Assembly: GCA_046760225.1 (NCBI GenBank)
Contig: JBHIDR010000013.1
Span: 1-20,863, forward strand
Source of the DNA: Candidatus Aenigmatarchaeota archaeon
GTDB lineage: Archaea; Aenigmatarchaeota; Aenigmatarchaeia; Aenigmatarchaeales; JACQIB01
DNA length: 20,863 nt
Direction: 5' to 3'
The position numbers and the translations under genes were made by a program. The notes beneath the pieces were generated by a model. The model ran no database searches. It was not told the origin of the DNA and saw nothing but the letters and a program-made list of their open reading frames with translations. Shown here piece by piece: positions 1 to 9,630 of the stretch (position 1 is the stretch's first letter; every line of letters begins with the position of its first letter).

Positions 1-754
1 TGTCGCTTGTGTCTATGTTTGTTGGTGAATCACAAGTCATGCCCGGGTCTGTACCGTTAATCTGCAAGTCAATTCGTACATTTCCATAGTTGGTTACATC
101 ATGTCCTTTCCCTGTGACAAGTGTATCACCAGGTGCATGTGATCCGAATGACAGTACACCAGGTACACCAACTGCGAGCAGCTCGTCCACATCAAATGTG
201 TCATTGTCCTGGCCGTCTCCTCCATTGCTCGTGGTGTCAGAGACATTCATCCATCCGTACCAGTCTCCTGAATCTGATGTGTTGTCTGCATGGTACCAGA
301 GATCAAATGTACATTCAAAGTACTGTGCTGTTGCATTCTTGACTCCGAGCACTTCACAGCTGCTGTTCACATAGCAGTCTGTTGAGTCTGCTGTGCAAGC
401 AGATGTTTTTGTTGAATCATATACTCTTCCGTCAATGCTTCCGGACACAGTACCGTTTATTTCCCAAGCACCATTGTCATCAGCTCCTGTACCATTGCAA
501 ATCACCCTTGCTGTTGTTCCGCCCTTGAGCGCAAGCTCATTGGCTCCTGCCATTTGTGTCAGCAAGTCACCATTGTAGTCGTAACAGAGCACGTTTTCCA
601 TTGTTGGTGCTATTGACGTTATGTTCAGTGTTGGTGCTGTTTGGTTGACCGTCTGTACTTGGTATGCTGTTATCACTTCGCCGCCCTTGATGAATAGAGC
701 AACTGCTAGTACCGCTACTGCGAGGATCAATACTGGTGTTAGATATTTACTCAT
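1..754 (-). CDS. Secreted Cys-rich surface protein, 3' end truncated by the window edge (absent from the ORF track)
   Basis: Manual translation from ATG at 754: MSKYLTPVLILAVAVLAVALFIKGGEVITAYQVQTVNQTAPTLNITSIAPTMENVLCYDYNG...ECTFDLWYHADN...NYGNVRIDLQINGTDPGMTCD. The frame is open to position 1. It has an N-terminal hydrophobic segment, several Cys, NxS/T sequons, and GGAGG just upstream. Confidence 0.85.
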   Translation of the reverse strand, partial: MSKYLTPVLILAVAVLAVALFIKGGEVITAYQVQTVNQTAPTLNITSIAPTMENVLCYDYNGDLLTQMAGANELALKGGTTARVICNGTGADDNGAWEINGTVSGSIDGRVYDSTKTSACTADSTDCYVNSSCEVLGVKNATAQYFECTFDLWYHADNTSDSGDWYGWMNVSDTTSNGGDGQDNDTFDVDELLAVGVPGVLSFGSHAPGDTLVTGKGHDVTNYGNVRIDLQINGTDPGMTCDSPTNIDTSD

Positions 755-758
755 TTTT

Positions 759-989
759 TCATCCTCCTTCCACGTGTAGTGTTGTTAATGAACTTGTTCC
801 GAAAACTGTCAGTGTTGTAACTGAACCGCTGTTAATAACCGGAGCCTTGTAAACAGCTGGTTTTGGTGCTGGTTCGCTAATAACAGGTACGTACTGTACT
901 GGTTCAGGTATTGGTATGAGTTCTACTGCGATTATTGCAATCACTAGTACACCAATTAATGCTAGCATATATGTATCGGTTTTATCCAT
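759..989 (-). CDS. Small membrane-anchored hypothetical protein (76 aa)
   Basis: One N-terminal TM helix then a Pro-rich segment. GGTGA SD-like motif upstream. Ends 4 nt before the next co-oriented gene. Confidence 0.7.
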   Translation of the reverse strand: MDKTDTYMLALIGVLVIAIIAVELIPIPEPVQYVPVISEPAPKPAVYKAPVINSGSVTTLTVFGTSSLTTLHVEGG

Positions 990-1090
990 TGTCTCACCAT
1001 TTTTTGCTACCTTTTTCGCGAAAAGGCTATTACTCTATACGTTAATTATATATTTAAAATTTTTTGAGGAGAATATAACATTGTTATATT

Positions 1091-2572
1091 TCAATAAGAC
1101 TGTGCAACATAGGCGATTTCCTTTGCTTTATTGCCGCATATGGCACACTTTGTCCCTTTCTTTAATTCTATTTCACCACCAAACAGCGTCCCCCTTACTT
1201 CAGCACCAGTGGAATCTTTCAGTTTCTTGTCGCACTTCTCCTGCATGCAGAAAGGTATGCGTATGAACCCTCCTGTTCTCAGCCTTTTCTTTAGCTCCTT
1301 GAAGTTCTCTGCACCCTGAACAAGCATTGTCTCATTCGCCCTCTTGTGCAGCTGGAAGGTTATTGAGTCAAGTACTTCCAATAGGTGCTCCTCGAGCTTT
1401 TCCTCAGGAATTGTTGCCCTTTCCAAAAAGTCCCTTCTTGACATGCTTATTGTCCCTGTCTCCACTTCCTTTGGTCCTATTTCTATTCTCACAGGCACGC
1501 CCTTGAGTTCCCATTCATGGAACTTGAAACCTGGTGTATATTGTTCACGCGAATCAAAATGAACACGAAAGTCCTTTTCAGCAAGACAGCCCAGCACCTC
1601 ACCGCACTTTGCATAAACAGCTGCCTTGTTGCCTTTTGTGTATATCGGTACTATTACTGCCTGTATTGGAGCCACAGCTGGCGACAATATCAGTCCCCTG
1701 TCATCCCCGTGCAGCCCTACCAGCGTAGCAAATACCCTTGATATGCCTATGCCAAAGCATGTTTGGTGTGCATATTGCTTCTTGCCTTTCTCATCCAGGA
1801 ATTTTATTCCAAAGACCTTTGCAAACCTCTGCCCCAAGTCATGCGTGGTTGCTATCTGAAGTGCTTTTCCATCAGGCATCATGGTCTCAAACGCATAGGT
1901 GTTGTCTGCTCCAGGAAATTTGTCCCAGTCCGGCTTCTTTAGCAGTAGAAAAGGTATGCACAGCTGATCTGTCACAACCTCTTTGAAAATCGCCATGTCC
2001 TCCTCCACTTGCTTGACCGACTCCTCCTTTGTCTTCTGAACATTATGCGCCTCAATCCATCTGAATTCCCTTGACCTCAACAAAGGACGTGTCATCTTTG
2101 TCTCATACCTGTAAACCCTTCCTGCTTGATAGAATTTGAGTGGTAACTGCAGATGAGACCTTACCCAGAGCGAATATAGCGGATACATGGCTGTCTCTGA
2201 AGTTGGCCTCAGCACAAGCTTCTCCTCAAGCTTTCTCTTCCCTGAGTGCGTTATCCAGAAGACCTCCTGCTCAAACCCCTTTATGTGTATTGCCTCCTTT
2301 TTGAACTCTGATTCAGGAATAACGTTCGGGAACATAAGCGGCATATGGCCAGTTGCCCGCAGCGCCCCCTCAAATAACCTGTACATCTCCTCTATTACGA
2401 GCATTGCAGTTGGCATGTAGACATCAAAGCCCTTTACCCTGAACCTTATATCAATCAAGTCTGCCTTCTGCAGGACCTCGTAGTACCATTTCATGAAGTC
2501 CTTGCCTTTCTTTACCTTTACACCAAGCTCATGCGCCTGCTCTTCCTGCTCCTTTATCGTCTTCTTTTTCAT
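1091..2572 (-). CDS. proS: Proline--tRNA ligase, archaeal/eukaryotic type
   Basis: WYYEVLQKADLID, LRPTSETAMY, motif 2 (VYRYETKMTRPLLRSREF), QTCFGIGISR, APIQAVIVPI, WELKGVPVRIEIGP, C-terminal Cys cluster and terminal SY. Confidence 0.97.
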   Translation of the reverse strand: MKKKTIKEQEEQAHELGVKVKKGKDFMKWYYEVLQKADLIDIRFRVKGFDVYMPTAMLVIEEMYRLFEGALRATGHMPLMFPNVIPESEFKKEAIHIKGFEQEVFWITHSGKRKLEEKLVLRPTSETAMYPLYSLWVRSHLQLPLKFYQAGRVYRYETKMTRPLLRSREFRWIEAHNVQKTKEESVKQVEEDMAIFKEVVTDQLCIPFLLLKKPDWDKFPGADNTYAFETMMPDGKALQIATTHDLGQRFAKVFGIKFLDEKGKKQYAHQTCFGIGISRVFATLVGLHGDDRGLILSPAVAPIQAVIVPIYTKGNKAAVYAKCGEVLGCLAEKDFRVHFDSREQYTPGFKFHEWELKGVPVRIEIGPKEVETGTISMSRRDFLERATIPEEKLEEHLLEVLDSITFQLHKRANETMLVQGAENFKELKKRLRTGGFIRIPFCMQEKCDKKLKDSTGAEVRGTLFGGEIELKKGTKCAICGNKAKEIAYVAQSY

Positions 2573-2670
2573 GAGACCACTATATAATAGATTGCGAACT
2601 GGTTAATATAATTTATTTTTTTCTCAGGATAAAACTTATATCCTTTCAGGGACATTATTAAGCGAGGCTT

Positions 2671-3882
2671 ATGAAAATAGCTATTTTTTCTGATTGCCAC
2701 TGCGGCCATGCATTTGGCGAAGAAAGAGGAGAAGACTCTTTTCTTGGCCTGGAAGAGGCAATCAGGGCCAACATGGATGTTGACCTTATCCTCATAGCAG
2801 GCGATATGTTTGATTCAAGAGTGCCCAAGCAGGAGGTGTTTGCCAGGACAGCCAAGATACTCGGGCTCTCCCAGGGCCTGCCCGGCAGTACAAGACTTGT
2901 TGACCTAAAAGGAAAGGAAAAAACAGACATATCACCACTTGCCCTGCGCGGAATACCAATTGTTGCTATCCACGGCACGCATGAGAGAAGGAGCACGCAC
3001 ATGGTAAACCCTGTTCAGGCCCTGGAGCATGCAGGCCTCTTGATCCACCTGCATTGCTCTGCTGCTGTATTTAATATAGGCGACAAGACAGTGGCCATCC
3101 ATGGGATGTCAGGTGTTCCTGAGCGCTATGCAAAGGATGTGCTAAAGGAATGGAACCCGCAGCCAATCCCAGGTGCAGTCAACATATTCATGTTCCACCA
3201 GAGCATTGAGCCCTATATTTATTCGCCCCTTGACCCGCCGTCCCTGAAAATAGAGGACCTTCCGCCCGGATTTGACCTCTATGTGCTTGGCCACATACAC
3301 TGGAGGGACATAAAGGACCTTCACAGCGGCAAATTATTGCTGTGCGGGAGCACAACGCACACAAGCTTGCACAAAACAGAGTCAGACCAGCAAAAAGGAT
3401 ACTACATCTTCAATGGAAAGCATCTGGAATTTGTTCCCTTGAAGTCCCAGAGAAAAATCATCTGGAAGGAATTCTCCTACAATGCGCTATTAAAACAGGA
3501 AATGATGTCTTTTCTGTCAGAGCTCCCTGAATACAGCAAAAAACCCATATTCATTGCCAAGATAAGCGGCAGGCTCCCAACAGGTGCTGCGCCTCCTGTG
3601 TTCAATGATATTGAGAAGATGTTCAGCAACAAGGTGATATTCAACATAAGCAGAAGGATCGACTCAGAGGACTTTGCAGAAGACAAGGAACTCATCCAGG
3701 CACTGCGGGAGCAAAAACTTTCACCAGAGGAGCAGGGAATAAAAATCCTTGTTGAGAACCTCAATCAAACAAGGTGCGGAATAAAGGTAGAGGAGGTCTT
3801 CGAGCTGCTTGTGGACGGAAAAACAGACCTGCTGTTCAATCTCCTAACAGGAAAACAGAAAACACTGGGTGCTTCGCAATGA
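2671..3882 (+). CDS. mre11: DNA double-strand break repair nuclease Mre11
   Basis: Phosphoesterase motifs SDCHCG, AGDMFD, HGTHE, FHQ, LGHIH. Its stop overlaps the Rad50 start (ATGA). Confidence 0.92.
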   Translation: MKIAIFSDCHCGHAFGEERGEDSFLGLEEAIRANMDVDLILIAGDMFDSRVPKQEVFARTAKILGLSQGLPGSTRLVDLKGKEKTDISPLALRGIPIVAIHGTHERRSTHMVNPVQALEHAGLLIHLHCSAAVFNIGDKTVAIHGMSGVPERYAKDVLKEWNPQPIPGAVNIFMFHQSIEPYIYSPLDPPSLKIEDLPPGFDLYVLGHIHWRDIKDLHSGKLLLCGSTTHTSLHKTESDQQKGYYIFNGKHLEFVPLKSQRKIIWKEFSYNALLKQEMMSFLSELPEYSKKPIFIAKISGRLPTGAAPPVFNDIEKMFSNKVIFNISRRIDSEDFAEDKELIQALREQKLSPEEQGIKILVENLNQTRCGIKVEEVFELLVDGKTDLLFNLLTGKQKTLGASQ

Positions 3883-6251
3883 TCACCAAAATAAAATTAA
3901 GGAACTGGCGCTCACATGATAAAAGCGAGTTTAGTTTCTGCGAGGGCACGAACGCCCTTGTCGGGATAATGGGCTCTGGAAAGAGCTCTGTGATGGCAGC
4001 GCTCTGCTTTGCACTGTTCGGCACATTCCCTGAACTGCAGAGCAGGAAGATAAGGCTCGAGGACATAATGATGAAGAAGCCTGTACCAAAACAGGATGCA
4101 GAAGTCGAAGTGCACTTCTCAGTCGGCAATGACGAATACAGGGTCACAAGGAAAATATCCAAGACAAAGTCAACTTCTGCTGAGCTGAGGAAGAACAACA
4201 CTGTTGTGGAGTCCCCACAGCCCTCAAAGGTGACAGCTGAAATTGAAAACCTTCTAAAGATGAACTACGACCTTTTCACCCGGGCAATATACTCAGAGCA
4301 GAACGCCATTGACATGTTCCTGACCATCCCCAAGGGGCAGAGGATGAAAAAAATAGACGAGCTCCTTGCAATACACAAGTTCGAGAAGGCAAGAGCAACA
4401 ACAACTTCGCTTGTGAACAGGTGCAGGTTCGCTGCATCTGAAAAACAAAAGCTATTGGCAGGAATGCAGCAGGAGGCTGTGCTCAAGGAAATCGAATCAA
4501 TCAAGAAAGAGCTCCAGGGTCTTGCTGCTGAAAAGGAAAGTGCTGAAAAGAAGCTGGACAGCATGGTGAACAAGAAAAAATACATATCAAGGACACTGGA
4601 AGACCAGAAGAAGAACAGGGAAGAACTCATGAGAATAGAGAACGAGATAAGCACTTCCACTGCTCTTCTGAAGGAAATAAGAAAGGACATAGACGAGTTC
4701 CAGCTTGACGCAATAGAGTACGCTGAAAAAACAGAAAGTGAGATAATGCAAGTAATCAGAAGCATGGAAAGGGAAAAGGATGTTCTTTCACATGACCTTG
4801 AGGCAGAAAAGAAGAAGCATGAGGGGATGATAAAGATAATTGCACTCAAGGATGCAAAGGTCAAGCTTCTTAAGGAGGAAAGGATACCTGAGCTGAAAAA
4901 GCTTGTTTCTGAGAAAAAGAAGCTGGAGCAGATAATGGGGGGCAGGGGGATAGAGAAGCTCAGGAAGAAAATGGAGGAAGCAAAAAAGCTGACAGAAAAG
5001 GAGAACGAGATAATGCTTCAGCACATTGCAGCTATAGGAGAGATTGAGAAGAGCATAAAGGAGCTCTCTGCCTCAGGCGCTACATGCCCTGTATGCGACC
5101 AGAAGCTGACAGAAAAAAAGAAGAAGACCATAGTCAAGTCAAAGAAGGACAGAATAAGGAAGCTCAAGTCCGAGGCAACAAAGCTGAAGGACAGAATAGG
5201 GAAAATGAAAACAGGTATAGGAAAGCTCGAGAAGGAGTTAAGGAAGATAGAGTCCCTTGAGCAGAAGGCAAGCGACCTTGTTGATGCTGACAGCCAGCTA
5301 AGCTTTGCAAAGGCAGCGCAAAAAAAGCTGGAAGAGGAGGTAGCTTCCCAGGAAACAGAAGAAAAGATGCTTAACAAGACAATCTCTATCTCCCAAAAGA
5401 AATTTGACGAGCTAAAGGAAAAAATGGACAAGATAAAGCAACACCTGTCTGTGCGCCAGCAGATACAGTCAAAAACAAAGGCGTCCAAGGAGCTTCAGCA
5501 GAAGATATCTGACCTCATGTTCAAGAAGCAGCAGATGCCTGCTGTGTCAGAGCTTTCAATTGCCCAGCTCGAATCAGAATTTAAGTCTGTAATAGCTGCT
5601 GAAAGTACTCTCAGGGCAAGAGTAGAGAACATCTCCTCCCTCAGCAGCGAGAAGAGTAAAAGGATGGAGGAACTCGAGTCAAAGAACAAGATGGTTGATG
5701 GATACAGAGCAGAAATAAGGAAACTAGATGTACTTGCAGCCCAGCTCCGCCTGCTCGAATCGTCACTAACAGCAACACAGGAGCAACTCAGAAAGAACTT
5801 TGTGTCTGCTGTCAACCAGGCCATGCAGATAATATGGGAGAGCACATACCCCTATAAGGACTTTTACAGCTGCAGGCTTGGTATTACAGAAGGTGACTAT
5901 ATGCTGCAGCTGCAGGACAGCACAGGATGGGTGCCTGTTGATGGAATAGCATCAGGTGGCGAACGAAGCATAGCCTGTTTAACCCTTCGAATAGCGTTCT
6001 CCCTTGTCTTGGCGCCCCAGCTCAGCTGGCTTGTGCTGGATGAGCCCACCCACAACCTTGATAGCCGTGCAGTAGAGGACCTGGGAAATGTGCTCAGAGA
6101 GAAAATAACTGATCTTGTGGAGCAAGTGTTCCTCATAACCCATGATCCCCTGCTTGAGAGCGCTGTATCTGGCTATCTTTACAGATTAGAAAGACAAAAG
6201 GAAAAGGATGCTGCAACCAGCGTTATAATGGTTGCAGGCCCTGAGGACTAA
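3879..6251 (+). CDS. rad50: DNA double-strand break repair ATPase Rad50 (790 aa from ATG 3879)
   Basis: Walker A GIMGSGKSS, Q-loop YSEQ, coiled coils around Zn-hook CPVC, signature SGGE, Walker B LVLDEPT, ITHD. Likely start MITKIKLRNW at 3879. Confidence 0.95.
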   Translation: MITKIKLRNWRSHDKSEFSFCEGTNALVGIMGSGKSSVMAALCFALFGTFPELQSRKIRLEDIMMKKPVPKQDAEVEVHFSVGNDEYRVTRKISKTKSTSAELRKNNTVVESPQPSKVTAEIENLLKMNYDLFTRAIYSEQNAIDMFLTIPKGQRMKKIDELLAIHKFEKARATTTSLVNRCRFAASEKQKLLAGMQQEAVLKEIESIKKELQGLAAEKESAEKKLDSMVNKKKYISRTLEDQKKNREELMRIENEISTSTALLKEIRKDIDEFQLDAIEYAEKTESEIMQVIRSMEREKDVLSHDLEAEKKKHEGMIKIIALKDAKVKLLKEERIPELKKLVSEKKKLEQIMGGRGIEKLRKKMEEAKKLTEKENEIMLQHIAAIGEIEKSIKELSASGATCPVCDQKLTEKKKKTIVKSKKDRIRKLKSEATKLKDRIGKMKTGIGKLEKELRKIESLEQKASDLVDADSQLSFAKAAQKKLEEEVASQETEEKMLNKTISISQKKFDELKEKMDKIKQHLSVRQQIQSKTKASKELQQKISDLMFKKQQMPAVSELSIAQLESEFKSVIAAESTLRARVENISSLSSEKSKRMEELESKNKMVDGYRAEIRKLDVLAAQLRLLESSLTATQEQLRKNFVSAVNQAMQIIWESTYPYKDFYSCRLGITEGDYMLQLQDSTGWVPVDGIASGGERSIACLTLRIAFSLVLAPQLSWLVLDEPTHNLDSRAVEDLGNVLREKITDLVEQVFLITHDPLLESAVSGYLYRLERQKEKDAATSVIMVAGPED

Positions 6252-6254
6252 AAT

Positions 6255-6437
6255 CTACAGAAGAGCGTTGTATCCGTTTTTAAATTCTTCTACAGCTTCT
6301 CCAGACTCGTTTTCAGCGTGCTCTCTGAGTGCCCTCTGGTTGTTTCTGGAATTCCTTGCCTTGTATTCCCTTGTCTGCATATGCCTTTCTCTGTCCATTG
6401 GCTTCTCATAATTTTCGGTAATTGTCGTAGGTCTCAT
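6255..6437 (-). CDS. Small charged hypothetical protein (~60 aa)
   Basis: MRPTTITENYEKPMDRERHMQTREYKARN... fills the gap convergent with rad50. TTTAAATA TATA-like box about 25 nt upstream on the minus strand. No recognised motif. Confidence 0.45.
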   Translation of the reverse strand: MRPTTITENYEKPMDRERHMQTREYKARNSRNNQRALREHAENESGEAVEEFKNGYNALL

Positions 6438-6559
6438 AATTATAGTTATACCCAGAAAATATTTAAAGTTATCGTTTTTTAACTCTTTTTGCCGAGTTAA
6501 AAATTTATCAATATATCGAGCTGCAAAAAGCTTAAAGGCTTCTCCCCCCAATTCACACT

Positions 6560-7300
6560 ATGGAGATGAAGTTCCTTACAGAGCCCGCAGTGCTCATAGA
6601 CAATATCCTTGTGATAGCAGACCTGCACATAGGCATAGAGCAGGAGCTGGCGCGCAGCGGAATAACAATCCCGTCTCAGCTGCCTGGGATCCAGAAAAGG
6701 ATAGACTCGCTCCTGAAGGAGACAAAGGCCAGGCACCTTATAATATTGGGGGATGTGAAGCACATGGTGCCTGAAATAAGCTGGCAGGAAAAAAAGGAGC
6801 TGCCTGAGTTCCTGAAGCAGCTTTCTGACAGGGTAAAGACCTCTATTGTAAAGGGCAACCATGACGGCAACATAGAGTATCTTGCACCAGAAGGTGTTGA
6901 TGTATATGACTCAGATGGCTTCAGAATCGAGAATTTCGGCTTTGTGCATGGTCATGCATGGCCAGACAAGCAATTGCTTGACTGCGAATACCTGATAATC
7001 GCACATGCACACCCTGCTATTGAGTTCTATTCGGGTGGTGCAAGAATTGTAGAGCATGTATGGCTGCGCTGCCCTGTGAACAAGAAGGTATTTGAAAGAA
7101 GATACAAGAAGGAATGCAGGCTCAGGGAAGCAATCATAATGCCTGCCTTCAATACCTTGAGCGGTGGCTCTGCCTTCAACAGCAAGGACTTCCGACCTAT
7201 TGGTCCTCTGCTAACCAACAATGCAGTGCTGTGGAAACAGGCAGATGTCTACCTTCTTGACGGAACATTGCTCGGCAAGCTGGAGAAATTGAAAATATAA
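6560..7300 (+). CDS. Calcineurin-like (ICC-like) metallophosphoesterase
   Basis: ADLHIG, LGDVKH, GNHDG, HGH, HAHP and MPAFN motifs. Confidence 0.9.
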   Translation: MEMKFLTEPAVLIDNILVIADLHIGIEQELARSGITIPSQLPGIQKRIDSLLKETKARHLIILGDVKHMVPEISWQEKKELPEFLKQLSDRVKTSIVKGNHDGNIEYLAPEGVDVYDSDGFRIENFGFVHGHAWPDKQLLDCEYLIIAHAHPAIEFYSGGARIVEHVWLRCPVNKKVFERRYKKECRLREAIIMPAFNTLSGGSAFNSKDFRPIGPLLTNNAVLWKQADVYLLDGTLLGKLEKLKI

Positions 7301-7317
7301 AGAAAAAGGAAACAGAC

Positions 7318-7764
7318 CTAAGCTGCCTCACTGTCCCCTTCAGGAACTTCTGGCTCAGCAATCTCCTTTTCTGTTTCCTCCTCACTAAATACCTCAGCTG
7401 TTGGTTCTTCTGTAACAGCTTCCTTTACTTCCTCTTCAGTAGGCTCTTCAGCAGGCTCTGCAGGAGCTTCTTCTGCAGGAGCTTCTTCCTTTGCTTCTTC
7501 CACAACCTCTGCTTCAGCAAACTTCATCCTCACGGTCTTTATTCTTATTTTCACCTTGTCTCCTTTCTTTGTCCCTGGAACGAACACAACAAAGTTCTTT
7601 ATCCTCGTGATACCGTCTCCTCTTTCACTTACCTCGGTTATCTCAACATCGTATTCCTCTCCTTCCTTTACAGGCTTTTCCTCCCTGAACCTCGGCCTTC
7701 CGAACCTTCCTCTGTCCCTACCGAATCCTCCTCTTCTCTCTCTCCTTCTATGGAATTCTCTCAT
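7318..7764 (-). CDS. TRAM-domain RNA-binding protein with Arg/Gly-rich N-terminus and acidic tail
   Basis: KPVKEGEEYDVEITEVSERGDGITRIKNFVVFVPGTKKGDKVKIRI matches archaeal single-TRAM proteins. Confidence 0.9.
   Translation of the reverse strand: MREFHRRRERRGGFGRDRGRFGRPRFREEKPVKEGEEYDVEITEVSERGDGITRIKNFVVFVPGTKKGDKVKIRIKTVRMKFAEAEVVEEAKEEAPAEEAPAEPAEEPTEEEVKEAVTEEPTAEVFSEEETEKEIAEPEVPEGDSEAA
7457..7486. repeat. Perfect 15-bp tandem duplication coding EEAPA x2
   Basis: TCTGCAGGAGCTTCT at 7457-7471 and again at 7472-7486. Confidence 0.8.
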
Positions 7765-7834
7765 CCGTTTTCACCTCTTTTGCTGTATCAATTTTGGTTG
7801 CAACATTTATAAAAGCCTAATCAGAAATCTTAAT

Positions 7835-8128
7835 ATGCCGATTCAGCTGATTCCTGGCATTTCCGGGATGGTCGTCAACATTGTTCTGGCTGTCATAGTA
7901 TTTGTTCTCATATGGAAGATTTTCAAGAACATCCTGGGTGCTATAATACCTGCCGTAGCGCTCCTCATTGTGCTATGGCTCTGGACCACTATCATGAACG
8001 CTGTTATAAGCATCATAATCATATTTGTGATATTCATACTTTTCTGGAAGGTCTTCAAGAAACTTCTTATAGCAGGCGTGCTCTCCTTTATCCTGCTGTT
8101 CCTGCTTTATTTCATGGGCTGGATATGA
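7835..8128 (+). CDS. Small multi-pass membrane protein made of two similar halves (97 aa)
   Basis: ATG at 7835, about 25 nt after TTTATAAA. Two units: ...VFVLIWKIFKNIL... and ...IFILFWKVFKKLL.... Confidence 0.7.
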   Translation: MPIQLIPGISGMVVNIVLAVIVFVLIWKIFKNILGAIIPAVALLIVLWLWTTIMNAVISIIIIFVIFILFWKVFKKLLIAGVLSFILLFLLYFMGWI

Positions 8129-8525
8129 ATTTCCTGTACTCCCTGTGCAGCTTTTCAACTTCCCTTTTTCCAATCCTTATTGTCCTGTGCCCCCCTTTCC
8201 CATCAAACACCCTTGCCCTGTGGTTGACCAGTGCACCAGAAAAGGTTTTGGGCACGTGCAGCAGTTCGTGTATCAATGTCTTCTCCTTCTCACTCTCATC
8301 AAAACCATCATACTTCTCAGACAGCACCTCTATGACATAGTGCGCCTTGATTCCCAGTGCCTTCTTCCATATTCTTGGCATGCTCCATATTCTTGCATGA
8401 GCATCACTCGTGCTCCCGAATGAGCGCATGCACACCACTCTTTCTGTGTCTATGTGCTCCATGCCAAGTGCAAGCACTATTCTTTCTAGTTTTTCCTTGA
8501 CATCAGGAGCTTGCTCAAACCTCAT
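8112..8525 (-). CDS. Putative zincin-type metallopeptidase
   Basis: HELLH (HExxH) within TLIHELLHVPKTFSGAL, plus ARIW and YVIEVLSEKY, typical of a small archaeal predicted metallopeptidase family. Confidence 0.85.
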   Translation of the reverse strand: MRFEQAPDVKEKLERIVLALGMEHIDTERVVCMRSFGSTSDAHARIWSMPRIWKKALGIKAHYVIEVLSEKYDGFDESEKEKTLIHELLHVPKTFSGALVNHRARVFDGKGGHRTIRIGKREVEKLHREYRKFISSP

Positions 8526-8526
8526 A

Positions 8527-8952
8527 CTACCACGGAATCGATACTTGGATTACCCCAAGCAGATATGCAATAGCTACTATGACTCCTATTGCAATTATGT
8601 ACTCTGTAACCCCGCCTGTTCTGAAGGGCCCTCTGAACCTTGGCTTTGGCAGTGGCCAGAAGGGCATTATGCCAGTTACTGTCAATGCATCTGCTATAAG
8701 GTGCGAGAGAAACCCTATGGAGAGCGAAATCGCAATCTCAGTGCTCATTATCTTCATGCCCATTCCAAAGAAGATGATCAGTGCAAGCACCCATACATTG
8801 TGCAGCAGCCTTCTGTGCATGAGTTTTATGTCAATGTCCGGTATAGCTGTGCCTATTAGTGCAAATACAAGGAAGAGCAGGGGATATCCCAATTTTATAT
8901 TGAACAGTAGGAAGAGCAGTGCTGCAAACAAAAAATGGGTCCTTTTCAGCAT
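8527..8952 (-). CDS. Membrane-bound metal-dependent hydrolase (YdjM-like)
   Basis: TH..., PDID, HRRLLHN, SHLIADALT..G..FWP motifs with TM segments. Likely start MLKRTH at 8952. Confidence 0.85.
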   Translation of the reverse strand: MLKRTHFLFAALLFLLFNIKLGYPLLFLVFALIGTAIPDIDIKLMHRRLLHNVWVLALIIFFGMGMKIMSTEIAISLSIGFLSHLIADALTVTGIMPFWPLPKPRFRGPFRTGGVTEYIIAIGVIVAIAYLLGVIQVSIPW

Positions 8953-9012
8953 ATGAATAGTTGAACTTACTTGAATAAAAAATTTTAAAAGCATTGATGT
9001 CAAACCATTTAC

Positions 9013-9630
9013 ATGAAAATTGCACAGGGTGCTGAAGCAGTGCTCTACAGGGAAGATGAGAAACTCATAAAGGAGCGAATAAAGAAGGGCTACAGGATAG
9101 AGGAGCTGGACCAGAGCATAAGGAAGGAAAGGACGCGCAGGGAAGCCAGGCTGCTGAGCGAAGCAAGAAGGGCAGGTATTGACACACCAACAATTATTGA
9201 AGTGGATGAAAGGAATTTCAAAATAATAATGGGTTTCATTGACGGCAAAAGGCTGAAGGAGCTAATCAATTCTGTGACTGATGAAGAAAAAAAGAAAATA
9301 GCAGAAAAAGTGGGCAGGGCAATAGGCCTCCTGCATTCAGCAGGGATTGTCCACGGCGACCTCACAACAAGCAACATGATAGAGAAGAACAGCAGGGTGT
9401 ATTTCATAGACTTCGGCCTTGGTTCGTTCTCAAAAAGAATAGAGGACCAGGCAGTTGACCTGTCTGTGCTGCACGAGGCAATCAAGTCAACCCATTTCAA
9501 ATATTTAAATATGCTTTGGGGGTATATAATTCAAGGTTACAAGGAGACCAACAAGGACTGGGAAAGGGTCTTAAGGTCCTTGGACAACATAGAAATGCGT
9601 GGTAGATATGTCAGAAGAAGGTGTGACTGA
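9013..9630 (+). CDS. bud32: KEOPS complex kinase/ATPase Bud32
   Basis: GAEA, KERIKKGYRIEELD, RTRREARLL, HGDLTTSN, IDFGL, EDQAVDL, C-terminal RGRY. Confidence 0.95.
   Translation: MKIAQGAEAVLYREDEKLIKERIKKGYRIEELDQSIRKERTRREARLLSEARRAGIDTPTIIEVDERNFKIIMGFIDGKRLKELINSVTDEEKKKIAEKVGRAIGLLHSAGIVHGDLTTSNMIEKNSRVYFIDFGLGSFSKRIEDQAVDLSVLHEAIKSTHFKYLNMLWGYIIQGYKETNKDWERVLRSLDNIEMRGRYVRRRCD

Noticed and set aside
3774..3878. N-terminal extension of Rad50 in the ORF track (similar extensions at 7556, 9003 and 6551)
   Set aside because: These overlap neighbouring genes or promoters. Downstream ATGs fit the family N-termini and the operon coupling better.
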